A stretch of 63,379 nucleotides of DNA, counting the filler, from Nemertoderma westbladi (Eukaryota; Animalia; Xenacoelomorpha), in NCBI GenBank assembly GCA_032718475.1. It is 4 parts of 4 records of this genome, joined end to end, with 100 filler letters (N's around TTAATTAATTAA, not from the genome) between each part and the next. Parts side by side here need not be neighbours in the genome. Positions count along the whole stretch, not along the records: positions 42,965 to 57,085 come from JAUCBJ010005008.1; positions 57,186 to 63,379 come from JAUCBJ010001724.1; 2 more parts are not named here. One strand, given 5' to 3'. A program made the position numbers and the translations under genes. Position 1 is the first letter of the stretch. Every line of letters starts with the position of its first letter. This document shows positions 50,690 to 62,324 of the stretch, one piece after another. Below the pieces are notes generated by a model, which worked only from the letters and a program-made list of their open reading frames with translations, did no database searches and was not told the origin of the DNA.

Positions 50690-50935
50690 TAAACAAAAAA
50701 AAAGCAAGCATATAGTCGGCCGACGCCGGAGGCGACCCGAAGGCTCCTCTTTCGATAGCTGCTACCCGAGGGTAGGGGTGGGCGCTACTCCTATCCCAAG
50801 ATTTGCTCCCAGTTATTTAACTGGTACTCATTTTATCTACCCCAGTGGATGAAAGGCTGAGTGGACCCTGGCGGGGCTGAACCTACAACCATTAGATTGC
50901 AGGCCCGGCGCTCAACCAACTGAGCTACCCCACCC
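50690..50935 (-). mobile_element. Full-length tRNA-derived SINE
   Basis: Head ggggtagctcagttggttgagcgccgggcctgcaat..ggttcagcccc; central ctcagcctttcatcc..gataaaatgagtaccag (Meta-SINE-like); T-rich tail; same family as 40630..40807. Confidence 0.85.
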
Positions 50936-51060
50936 TTAATAATAATAAAATAAACAAAAAATCACAAAATGACATAAACAAACACCTACTATGCTTTTAA
51001 GTTTAGTATGTTTATAAATTTAATATAAATTATTAATTAAACGGGGCTTACTCAGAATGA

Positions 51061-51184
51061 ATTTAATAATACAGGGTGTCCCACAAAATTTGATACGTAA
51101 TTCATTATCTAATATCTCACTGAGAAATTAAGGAAACCGCGATTTCTTGTTTCTTCTGGAAGCCATTATCCTATCCTATCCATT
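51061..51184. repeat. 124-bp direct repeat, left copy (probable target-site duplication)
   Basis: Matches 54795..54918 with one mismatch (ctcaCtgag vs ctcaGtgag). Confidence 0.93.
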
Positions 51185-54100
51185 TTTTTTCTAGAACGTA
51201 TTACTTATTTATTTACAAAATAATCATCATAATAATCATAAATCTAAATATATACGAGAAGTAAGTTCATTAGGGAAACGTTTAAGTCCGGGGTCAGATT
51301 GAGTTAGATTCCTAGAGGAATTCCGGCACCATCGTCAACCCCAATGCTGCGCCATTTGGTGCGAGACGATCTGAAGCAGGCGCACGTAGCCCTTAGGACG
51401 CCAAATGACAGACGTGCCCTCACCCAACCCATGACACAACTGTAGGGCTTCATCCATTTCGTTGACAGCCTGTCAGCCAGTCTCTTCAGTGTCATGGAGT
51501 ACTCTGGGCCGAGAACACCATCCACCGACACCACGAGCGGGGTAAAATCTGCTTGGCAAAGGGTGCAGGCGTCATGATATTTTGACTTTTTCTGAGTCTC
51601 CGCCCGCGTCAATTAGTATGGATGATATGGAGCGAGCCACATACGAGGGGGCGTCAGAGTCAACGACCCGGACATCAAATAACGCCCTTCTCTGTGGCTG
51701 CCAGTAACCTCTCACTGAAAGATCAGCCCGCAGACCCACCACACCATTCTCCTCATTTGCCTCCCGGATCACTGGCTCCCTCATGATGCAAGACTCTGGA
51801 AATGCCAAACCGAACAGGTCCCCCTGGGTGTCCCTAACCTCGTTATGGCGTAGAGTCACCAAGCCCCCCTTTTTGCAGTCGAGTGCATGTGTTAATGAAA
51901 ACGCATCGCCGCATCCGTCACACCTTGCAGGCGCACCCACTAGAGGACGTCCATACCGGAGGGACAAACCATCTCTGAATTAGTTGGCAGACAAATCAAA
52001 GTGGTTGCGTGCAACTGGGGCAACCGTAAGCCAGCCTGATGTGCGTTCCGAAACAGCCCGTTGGATTGTTCTGATCCTTTCTGGCGTAAAACTGTGAATC
52101 AAATTATCATGTACTTCTTCTGATTTTGCATGCTTCCATAGCCGGAGGTTGTGTTGGGCTGTCTTCTGACAACTCTGGTGGTCTGTGAATGAGAATTCAA
52201 TTTCTCCCTTGATTGCTGCAACTGCCAATGCAGTACCCTCCCGTGAGGTTTTGTAGGACTGTGCTGCTGTCTCAACCGGATTACGAACTGACAGTCCACC
52301 AAAACGAGTTGGCTGTGCGAATAAGTCTCGCTCTGAAGGTGTTACCGGACCCCCAAGGATAGCTGGAACAAAAGTGTCTGCTACCATTTTCTCGATCATT
52401 GCATATGGCGTTGGAGCTTCTCTAGTATCAATCGGAACGACTCGCTGAAGATAGTCCCACTCACATTGGAGGCTCCTGGTGAATGCAGCATACGCTGCCT
52501 GTGGATGGTTGACAGCAACCCCTGAGAGTCGAGCTACTGCCTGTTCCCATCTGGCTACCTTCAACGAGATGAAATCCGCCTGAAGAGTAGCATCCCCAAC
52601 GAATCCCCCAAGAGTGTGGGTACCCTTCACGATTCCACGTCCATTCACCTGTATCCCAAGGTCACGAAATAACTCTCGTGCCATAGAAATATCGCTATCC
52701 TCAACTACCAAAAGACACTTATCTGGCTCAGGGTAATAACCATATGAGGGGCCCAGTTTAGTGAGGAGAATGAACCAGTCCCGCAAGGCTGTCAATGCGG
52801 CAGCATTCTGCGCATCGTCGGCATACCATACTTGTGTCCATATGTCAGGGTTCTTCAGCTTTATAATTAGTGGGAACACAGAAGAAGCATAACCCAACAT
52901 CGCGAGAGGGTCCCCCTGAGTGAAGCCTTCCCTGCTGAGAAGGATTACCAGTCCCTGTTTACCACGGACAATCAGATAAGCGTAACCCCGGTACGTGTTG
53001 AATAGGAAGCGTGAGCATCGAGGCCAGAGAACACGAATATTCCAGAGGGCTGTCACTCTGTTTACCGCATTAAAAGCATTACTCGCATCAACAAGTTAAA
53101 CACCCCAGCCGTCTCCCTGGTGACCCTCCCATAGCGTGAACAGCAGCTTCAATTCCTGCAGAAAGGCCGCTGCACAACTGGTCTGTTCCACACAATTGCT
53201 GTACATCAATCCGCGTCGTCTCAGCCATGCATTTACCAAGAACTCTCCGTAATGCCTCGCCAACTCCAATTGGGCGTACACCCGGACACTTATCCAGGGC
53301 AATTAATCTACATGCCATGAGTTCCCGAATTGATGACCATTCCACTACTTGATTAGCCAACCTGCGTACTAAGCCTGCTACAGCCTCTCGCAGGCGGGAA
53401 CTGGCTGTTGCTCGGTAGAGAAGCATGTCCTGCCAGTGCAGAGCATCTGCTCCACCAGGACCCGCACCCCCATGAAGACTTCGGGCCACTGCCTCAACGT
53501 GGTTGGCTGTGATGTCAACGTTCTCTAACACCGGGAGCTCCTTGTTCAGATTGTGTAAACTGTCCATTGATGGAGGTGTTGGGCAGGGATGTTTAGCCTG
53601 GAGAATATCCAGGACCCGTTTCTTTTCCCCCTTCACGTCAATCTCTGCCTGAACGTCCAATACCCCACCCTGGTCACGCTCTGTGAGCCATCGGACAGCA
53701 TCCCGTTCGCGCCCTTGAAGAATAAGGCGTGTAAATACCCGTTCCCTGTGGTTCTGCTCGTCTGCTTTGCTTACAACACGTTGACGTGTGAACCCTCTCT
53801 GGCACCGATCCATCTCAACTAGCAGCTCACTGTAACTTTCCTGTTGCCACAGTTCAATACGGCGTTTCAGCAAACGGCGGATGTCCGCCCCTTTAACTAC
53901 CTGCTTGTCTCGTTGTAGCATGACAACCTCAAATACCATGAGACGTTCAGAATTGACTCTCCCGTTTGAAAGAGCCTCCACTTCAGCACACAGGGTGGTA
54001 GAGTAAAGTCTGCCGACTGCGCCACCGGGGACTGTGTAAAGGGAAGCTTGATTGGTCGTAGCTCGGCGCCAGAAGGACTGCCATGGATCACCCCCAATAG

Positions 54101-54794
54101 GATCTGGGTCACCACCATCACTGTGGAGTAGGCAAGCACCAAAAGCACGTTGCATCAGCGCATCAATGTCAACTTGGGTTGAGGGAGAGACTTCTGGATC
54201 TTCCAGGGTTATACATCCGTCTTCATAGATTGGGACCTCAATTATAGTCGAGTCAAGAATTGAATGTTCCTGTTCGAAGGGGGCATCTTTTATTGTCTCA
54301 CTAGCGCACTCATCCATTAAAACAACATTGTCAGGAATCACGGCGTTGGTATTGACATTCTGTACCCGGACCCGCCATGCATTAAGATTGCGACACAAGC
54401 CATTAGTAGATGGTTGGCAGTCTGAACAAAATGTGTTTTTCTTCCTGCACTTACAGTTCAAGCAGGAACCTGATCTACACGAACAACAATGCTGGCTTTG
54501 GCTCATCTCCATTCCAGTAGACTGAATTATTACTTATTTAAATTAATAAATTTGTATTCCTCAACTTAGCTATTTTTTTTTTTTTTCAAAATAATTAATA
54601 AACTAAATTTAACAATTTATTATAAATCGTATTTTTGTGGCAACAATTACGAAATAGCTAGTAATTAAAACAAAATTAAACCTGGAAATTTACTCTGAAA
54701 ATTTAGTCACACTCCTCTTATTCAAAATTCTAGAACTCAGAAGATGTAATATATTCTAGAACGTCATTTATTCGTCCTGTTTAGAACGTCCTGT
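51185..54794 (-). mobile_element. Apparently full-length CRE-clade non-LTR retrotransposon (Cys-rich N-terminus, RT, CCHC, restriction-like endonuclease); ORF 54512..51304 disabled
   Basis: RLIALDKCPGVRPIGVGEALRR, LVDASNAFN, EGFTQGDPL, WYADD, CDGC..THALDCKKGG..RHNEVRD, RADL..FDVRV, KKSKY, FTPLVVSVDG. Stops at ~53096 and 51980, frameshifts near 53130 and 51610; short poly(A) at the 3' end. Confidence 0.9.
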
Positions 54795-54918
54795 ATTTAA
54801 TAATACAGGGTGTCCCACAAAATTTGATACGTAATTCATTATCTAATATCTCAGTGAGAAATTAAGGAAACCGCGATTTCTTGTTTCTTCTGGAAGCCAT
54901 TATCCTATCCTATCCATT
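54795..54918. repeat. 124-bp direct repeat, right copy; contains a Tc1/mariner-like terminus TA|CAGGGTGTCCC
   Basis: Matches 51061..51184; continues into locally similar sequence (tatccccattatcc). Confidence 0.93.
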
Positions 54919-55894
54919 ATCCCCATTATCCTAACTAAAATGTTGGTCTAAGTTACGATTAATTTGGTTGCCATGGAAACTCCATACATTTATTTATATT
55001 TTACCGAAATAAAAATTTTCCCTGTTTTGTTGGAGGATTTAGAGTTTTGTTCGAAGAGGTTTGATTTTGAGAGATTCACTGATGCCCGGTAAATTAATTA
55101 TTATAATATTTCTATATTATATTGGTAATATCGCTTTAGGGCGGATACCGGTGGTAACACTAGAAAAAGTGCTAAGTGCTTAAGTGCTAGATTATGACTT
55201 GGGTTATCTAATTGATTCAAAGATGGAAATATTTATTTAAAAGAAAGGGTCATCATCCTCCTCGTGGAATCGATGGTTATTCGCAGATAATCTCTCCATA
55301 TCCTCTCCATCTCCAGTGTGGTCACAGTGCCTATGTTATTGTGGGTAGACCTACACCGTTGTACCGGTCCTGTCTGCAGATAGTCAGTAAAATAAAGAGG
55401 TTGTTAACATGTACCGGGTGTACCGGTTACAGGCCTAATTCATAAAGACCTTACGTGGAATCCCCCCGATGTAAAAACTATTCTCACCCGCCGTAAAAAG
55501 TTCTACATTTATTTAACTTCTCCTACCCAGAGTTACAAAATTTTTCCATTTTCGGTTAAATTTAAATTTTTAGATTAAAATTATATAACCATGTTTATAC
55601 CATTTCTCGGAGACATTTCATAGACATACAATATAATATTGAAAATGATTGAAATACGCCCATATAAAGATTACCAAGCTTTCACTATTACATTTTCATT
55701 ATAAACAACCATTCGAGTTGGTTATATACAGTAATAGATAGATGAATTAATCAATATTCTTAATAATTTATACAACCGCGATCCACCCATCAAGAGCTAG
55801 ACGAAGCAGGTGTTTATTGCTTATTTATTATACGGGAAAGATAATTGATGATGATCCAAGGTAGTTCAATTAACAAAACCATCCTCATATCCAG

Positions 55895-55925
<31 letters not shown>

Positions 55926-57085
55926 ACTCCACTCCACAGCAATAAGAAGCTCGCTATACCTTCTTCCATAATCCATTAATAGTGCTACTAAAATATTAAG
56001 ATTGTTATCATAAAGATGCCGTCCTAAATAAATATTGTTACCGTAAGCTCTTTGTGTATTTCGCAGTAGCAGAATCAGAATCATAATCACAATGTTATAT
56101 TTTCAGATAACTAGTTTACATGGAAATATGGCGGACAATTATATGCACCTCTAAATTATAAACAATATCTTTTCATAATTCTAAGAAAATTATAATTTTA
56201 AAATTATTAAATTATTAATCAGCAGATGATTGGCGGCGGAAGCAACTCTAGTCGACCATCAGTCCACCGCGGAAGGGGATATGGGGTGGGACAAGCGAAT
56301 ACAATATTATTAAAATTTCCCCCGTTGTGTTTGAATTGATTCAACGGTGACAACAGTAAAAAACTATAGACCGCAGTCAAAAATGGCCACAAACAATGTG
56401 AATAAACTTATATTCAAAGAATTTAATTTTCGATTTCATTTGAATGTCAAAACAAAAAAATCGCCCGCAAGTCGCAGGAAAAAACAATCAAACGTCTGGG
56501 ACAACACATAAAATGTCGAGACAACACTTAAATCATGTAATTCAGTATTCTGTAATACATACAGTTACATGTATGTAAGCATTCAGTGTTTTGAGTTTTA
56601 TGTAGTTCTGCTCTTTAGTGCTGCAGTGTCCAGTGTCAGTAGAGTGAATAGTTTGCAAGCCTAGCATGTGGCTGTAGTAAAGTGCCTTGTTGTGACGGGA
56701 TCTACGGAAGATCCCGATTTATCCGGTTTGGTTTCTAGTTCACGCGTCCCCACCGTGTGTGTGAAAGATATAGAGAGTTCTGGGTTGTTGATCGGTTGAT
56801 ATATATATATAAGTTCGGGATATAATATAATAATAGCACAAAATCGTTGATGTATAATGTGTTGTACCGGTATGAGATATGTACTGATGACAGTAGGCGG
56901 AGACGGTAACTAGAATCCCGCTACTGTCCTAACTAGCTGACTTTTACTACAAGTGAATGAATATTGCATGGACCGGTAATATATATTGCTCAGTTGGCCA
57001 TATTGCTTTACCCAGTCGATGCTTCCCCCCAATTGGCTAATACCCTCGTTGTCGCCCTTTCACCTTCCCTGGTGTGTTTCCCATC

Positions 57086-57185
57086 NNNNNNNNNNNNNNN
57101 NNNNNNNNNNNNNNNNNNNNNNNNNNNNNTTAATTAATTAANNNNNNNNNNNNNNNNNNNNNNNNNNNNNNNNNNNNNNNNNNNN
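57086..57185. other. Assembly spacer (44 N + TTAATTAATTAA + 44 N)
   Basis: Same structure as the other two spacers. Confidence 0.97.
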
Positions 57186-58936
57186 GCAAACACCAGGTTA
57201 CTTTTCTAAACGGGGGTGGTACCGTTTGGGCATATGAAATTAGCTGCTACGTTGTCCTCACAACTCAACGGTTGGACATGGGTCGAACAGAGGGCTGGTT
57301 TGTCCTAAAACTACGAATTCCGCGGAAGCTACCCAAGCCAACAAGCCCCACAGTAGTGTGGTGGATAGGCTGACAGTGAAGGCACTGGGAGCTCTGAGCC
57401 AAGATAGCGAGCCCAGGGCTGCCATCTACAGGCGGAGTTACTGACTGACTCCAACGAGGGAATAGCGCCCTTTTTATAGCTAGTGGTCGGGGTCAGGTGG
57501 GAGGTGCTCAGTTGACCCCTAATTATCACTTGCTTGAGGTATGGAGAATTCCTTCAGCAAGGATCTATAATATTGAAAATATGATGTTATTCATAATTGA
57601 AACACGACAGGTGGTTTCACTGACCAATAATATAAGCCCCTTGATTGTACTGAGTTCAATTGGAGGATTGCAAATAAAAGGGGCTCCTGCTCCCGCAAGC
57701 AAAAGGTAAAAATTAGAACAGTTACAAGCTTTCTGCCTCTAATAGAGGACTTCTTCAGGTAAGTACATTTACGATATTATTACATGTTGATGCTACATTA
57801 AACATGATGGGTTTACTATCTTACCTGCTCGAAGGCCTGTAATTATATTTAATGGTTAATTTTTGCCCTACACCTTACTTTGTGCTCTTTATTAGTTGAC
57901 GGATTTGTATAATCTTTAGTACCTCTTTTTGTCGGTTTATTCAAAATAATTGGCTCTAATTAGTCTGCCTGCCGTGCTACTGCTGTAATAATATCGTAAT
58001 ATACTGAAGAATATGGCATACTTTTAGTATTAAAACCCCATTTTATTATTTACTAATATTTTTTTAAGGAAAATAATAATTATGTACTCGTATTTTTATA
58101 TGTGTAACTCATTGCAACTCTTTATGTTCTCATTTTAAAATAAGTACACCAATTTTGAACTCATATTTTTATAAGAGTCACTAATTCAATGAAATTATGT
58201 TCTCATTTTAAAATGAGTACACCATTAATATTGAAAATCTTCAAATTTTGTACTCATATTTTTGTTCTCATTATCAATTGATTTAATTAGTTTTTTTACA
58301 GAGTATGGTACTTGCTTACTTAATACTTACCAACATCTTTAGGTGTGATTTTAATACTCAATTAACTCAATAATAAAGTAATTTTCCATCAAATATCTTC
58401 GCTGTCTCAAGCTCTATTTCAATCAATATTTACATTATATACAGATAGAACTGGTATAACGGACGACGGATTGACAATGCCGATATGGACTCTACTAAAC
58501 TGCTTAGTGCTTAGGAGGGTCACTGACTTCTGACGCTCGCCAGACAGTCTGTGGGCCTGTCTGTAATGCATCGCAAATAGTGTGGCAGAGAGTAAACTGA
58601 ACGCATGGGGACAAATATCTGCCTTTATTTAACAAGCGTCTTTAAACAAACAAATAACTGAGAGGTATTAAATTATATTAATAATATTATCTTAAAAATA
58701 TTGCCAAAAAAAAACATTTTTACAGCACTGAAAATCTATAGATCTTCTCGACTTAATTACAAGGTAGTACTGTAGTTAACAACATATGGAGCCGGTATAT
58801 AAAGTTTAACTTTATTTCTCGGCTTAAATCAGGATATTATGATTGCGCTGAACTTGAGTAATAAAAATAAGTGCATCTCATAATAAAATCGAGACAAAGA
58901 CGAAACGCAACCCACAAATATAATGTTTATTACTCA

Positions 58937-59545
58937 TTATTCACTGCTGCTACTGGCCTCTTTCTCTACTACATCATCAACCTCACTACTGTCCACCTCT
59001 TGGTCCTTTCCATCAACCCCTTCATCACCTTCCTCTTCGGACTCATTCAAACCCGACAGATCCGACAGAACATCATCCTCATCTCGCGTCTCAATAAACT
59101 CCTCCGGCTCTTCCATAACCTCCTCTTCGTCATCATCGTCCTGCAACACGGGAGGATCCAGCAACTCCTCCCTCTCGACGTGTTGGTTGAGTTCGGCCTC
59201 GGTGAACTCCCGATGTTTGACCACGAGTACCGAGTTATTCGTCTGCGCGGGTTGCTGGCCCTGTTTCCGTCGCTTACTCAACCGAACTTTCGTCTCCAAC
59301 TCGTTGTAGTAGCAGCCGTCGTTGTGTCGCAGGATGAAGAAGTAATTGTCCTCGCAACCCGAACTGCTTTTGGTTTTTATCGTCCAGTTGTATTCGCGGG
59401 CCATTAGGTAGGAGTATTCGTCGCCGGGGACGTAATCCACGCCGGCTGAGTCGTCGCGAGCGAGTTTGGTTAGGGTGTCCTCGGTCGGCAGGAAGTAGGC
59501 GACAAACTGGTCGCCAGACTCATCCATCATACCTCGTATCATTGC
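58937..59545 (-). CDS. PAF1: RNA polymerase II-associated factor 1, exon 2 (terminal)
   Basis: (C)nATATAG|[44 protein letters not shown], then an acidic tail. Confidence 0.96.
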   Translation of the reverse strand, partial: AMIRGMMDESGDQFVAYFLPTEDTLTKLARDDSAGVDYVPGDEYSYLMAREYNWTIKTKSSSGCEDNYFFILRHNDGCYYNELETKVRLSKRRKQGQQPAQTNNSVLVVKHREFTEAELNQHVEREELLDPPVLQDDDDEEEVMEEPEEFIETRDEDDVLSDLSGLNESEEEGDEGVDGKDQEVDSSEVDDVVEKEASSSSE

Positions 59546-60018
59546 CTATATGGGGGGGGGGGGGGTAGATTACCTTTATAATATAGCAATAAAGTTGTCT
59601 GTGTCTATATGGGGGAAATGCCTTGAATCGTTTGGTACCGTAAGTAAAAATAAAGTAGAACATTTTATTTTGAACGAGTGTGAGTTTTATCGAGTTGGCA
59701 GGTCAAAAAATGCTATCGAATAAAATTACTTTCCTCACGGTAAAGACTTTCTAGACCACCAATCATTCGATTCAAGGCAAATAATATTACACTGATATTA
59801 TTCAATGTCTAGCTCGAGGTGGATATACGGATATATTCACCTAAAGCAAAATAAACCGTTTAACTACCGAGCCCGACTAACCGACCGACCGACCGTTCTA
59901 CCGATCCGTACTACCGAGGTTGTTGTACAACTACAAGGTTTTTTGGGTAAATCTTTTCGATCTAAGCGAGCGTCCACACATTGGGTCATATCACTAGTTT
60001 CAGACGAATCAGCCGAAT

Positions 60019-61398
60019 GGCTAAGTCACACGAATAGTTCCCAAAAGGCACTTTGGCATTTTCCAGGTACCTAAATAATTGCAACCAGCGTAACTGCGTA
60101 AATGCCAAAATGCTTTAGTGCTTTTGGGGAACTGTAGTATAAATCCTTAAGAGTTCCCGAAAGGCACGTTGGCATTTAGTTGAAATTCATTATTCGCTGA
60201 GATCCGGGTTGGCCTAAAGAAATTTATCCTTTTTTAAGAATACTTTACTGTATAAGTGTAAAGTGTGTAGGACCTACAAATGTACTCCATAACATACAAT
60301 AATATTTAATTGATAAAGTATTACTTAGTTATTGTAGTTCAACATAGTATTAATATTCATTCGCAGTATTGACTGCAGATAGGGGGGACTTTCGACGCAA
60401 TACAAATCCATCCCTCTCCAGGGGAAATTCGACGCAAATAACATCTGATTACTCTCAAAAATAAAACTGTAACCTGTTCTATAGTGTTTAGTTTATTGTT
60501 TTGGTTAAAATAACGTGCCACTGTAACCTGCTCCTTTCCCTAAATTGAGAATTTAACATTGAGGCGGGAAATTAATTCGCCAAGATGGGATTTGCGTTCA
60601 GTTCTCACCCCCCCCCCCCCCCCCCCCCTATCTCATTGACTGAGTCTGGGTCTGATTAGTGCCTCCCCCACATCATGCTGTCAGGCGGAATACGGTGGAT
60701 AGCACTAGCGTCTACCAGCTCTGCTAATTAGCTAGCCTGCCTTTCAGTTTCCCTTCCCTGATCCTGACTCTCAAAATCTACCTATATTACATTTCATTTC
60801 ATTGAAATTACTCATACGTGGTGTTAGGGTGCAATTAGGGTGCAATTTTGTTTACTTCACGTTCACGTGACGTAATAATAAAGGAATAAACATAATTTAA
60901 ATGAATGGAGCGACAATGTATATAATAATACAAATGTAATACCGTATTGACACTTGACAGTTTCATATTATAATCTGGAACGTTTTATAAAAACTTTTTT
61001 ATAAAAGATTTACATTAAATATGTATGACCTACAATTGTGCGGTGTAATTCATTTCATATTTAAGCATGTTCAATCAAGCTAATACTATTCTTTAATTTA
61101 ATTTAATCGTACACCCACCGAGATGGGGAACTAAACTATACTTACTATGCTATGCACACTCAGACACTTAGGCGTACTGTATAATGTAGGCCTAGTAATA
61201 TCATCACTAATAATGATTTACAATTAAATGCCAGAATGCCAAAGTGCCTTTCGGGAACTCTTAAGGATTTATACTACAATTCCCCAAAAGCACTAAAGCA
61301 TTTTGGCATTTACGCTGGTTGCAGTCAGGCAGTTATTTAGGTACCTGGAAAAAATTCCAAAATGCCAAAGTGCCTTTTGGGAACTATTCGTGACAGCC
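60019..61398. mobile_element. Foldback element with ~155-bp TIRs inside the PAF1 intron
   Basis: 60019..60176 is the reverse complement of 61235..61398 (cacgaatagttcccaaaaggcactttggcatt..taaatccttaagagttcccgaaaggcac) with small indels. Confidence 0.85.
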
Positions 61399-61550
61399 AC
61401 ACGTTAGTCTCAGAGTTTAACATTCACTTTGCGTAGGTCGTAAATATTTACCAGGTTTTTTGCTGAAGCCCCAGCAATGTGTAAACAAAAAGCGAGAATT
61501 AATGATAAACTAATGTTTATTTTCACGGCATTCTCCACCCATAAACTCAC

Positions 61551-62324
61551 CTGACTCATCTCGGCACCGGTGGCCGGGCGCAATTTAGTGGCCGGATCCG
61601 AATCGAACAACACGTGCGTGCACAGATGCTTCCACATCCGGAAGTCGGGAAACAGAGGCAACACTTCCACGGCACGCACCCCCGGTTTAGAGTAATGTTT
61701 CTCAACGGGCCTCTTAGCCGCATCGAAAGTGGCCTGGATGGCGCTGATCTGAGAGGCCTTGTCGCGATAAAGTTCCTCCTCTGCAAACAGTTTCTTTATC
61801 GAAGCGCCGACTTTAGTTTCTGCTTTATCACTGGAAGTGGCGAACCTATTGAACTCAGTGGATATGTATTCAGTTCTACGTAACCATGAGTAATTTTTCG
61901 CGTGTTGTTGTGAGCGCTTAGAGTCGCGAGGAGTTGTGAGTTCTTCTTCTAAAAGTTTCTCATCTGCCTCGTCTAACGTCGTGTTGAGCGGATCAGCTTT
62001 GTAAGTGTCTGGGTTGATGAGGTCAATAGAGACTCCCATATCCTGCTCCGTGAGTAACTCATGTTTGAATTGTCGTTCCAACGAGGTCTGTTTGTAATGG
62101 ACGAATCTCATTGGGTCGAATGGGTAGGCGATAAACTTTGGGTCGAACGGGATGTCCGGGAGAGTGTTGCAGTACTTGACGCGGTAGACTAGATCGCCTT
62201 TGCGTTCCGTGTGCTGTAGTGAGCGGAGCGCGCCCGTGGGTTGTTTCGGTTTAGTTGCGCCACGTTGTGGGGGCGGTTGCGAGCCAGTTCTACCGTCCGT
62301 TACTGTCGGAGGTACTGGAGGCAT
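61551..62324 (-). CDS. PAF1: RNA polymerase II-associated factor 1, exon 1
   Basis: [58 protein letters not shown]|GTGAG; phase 0; joined protein 460 aa. Confidence 0.96.

Noticed and set aside
50860-50935. tRNA-Cys gene (also tRNA-like stretches at ~33630 and ~42285)
   Set aside because: Degenerate T-arm or acceptor stem, and each continues into a SINE body.
56100-56260. Candidate terminal ANKDD1 exons (AG at ~56107 or ~56225)
   Set aside because: Both are phase-compatible but too short to verify without transcripts.
57186-57530. GC-rich structured stretch as an HDV-like ribozyme or LINE 5' UTR
   Set aside because: A GGGGTCA/TGACCCC stem is present but I cannot complete the P3 and P1.1 pseudoknot; the adjoining sequence is lost in the gap.
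58871-59407. Plus-strand ORFs opposite PAF1, and similar ones opposite BBS2 and the LINEs
   Set aside because: Antisense shadows of real coding sequence with no independent motifs.
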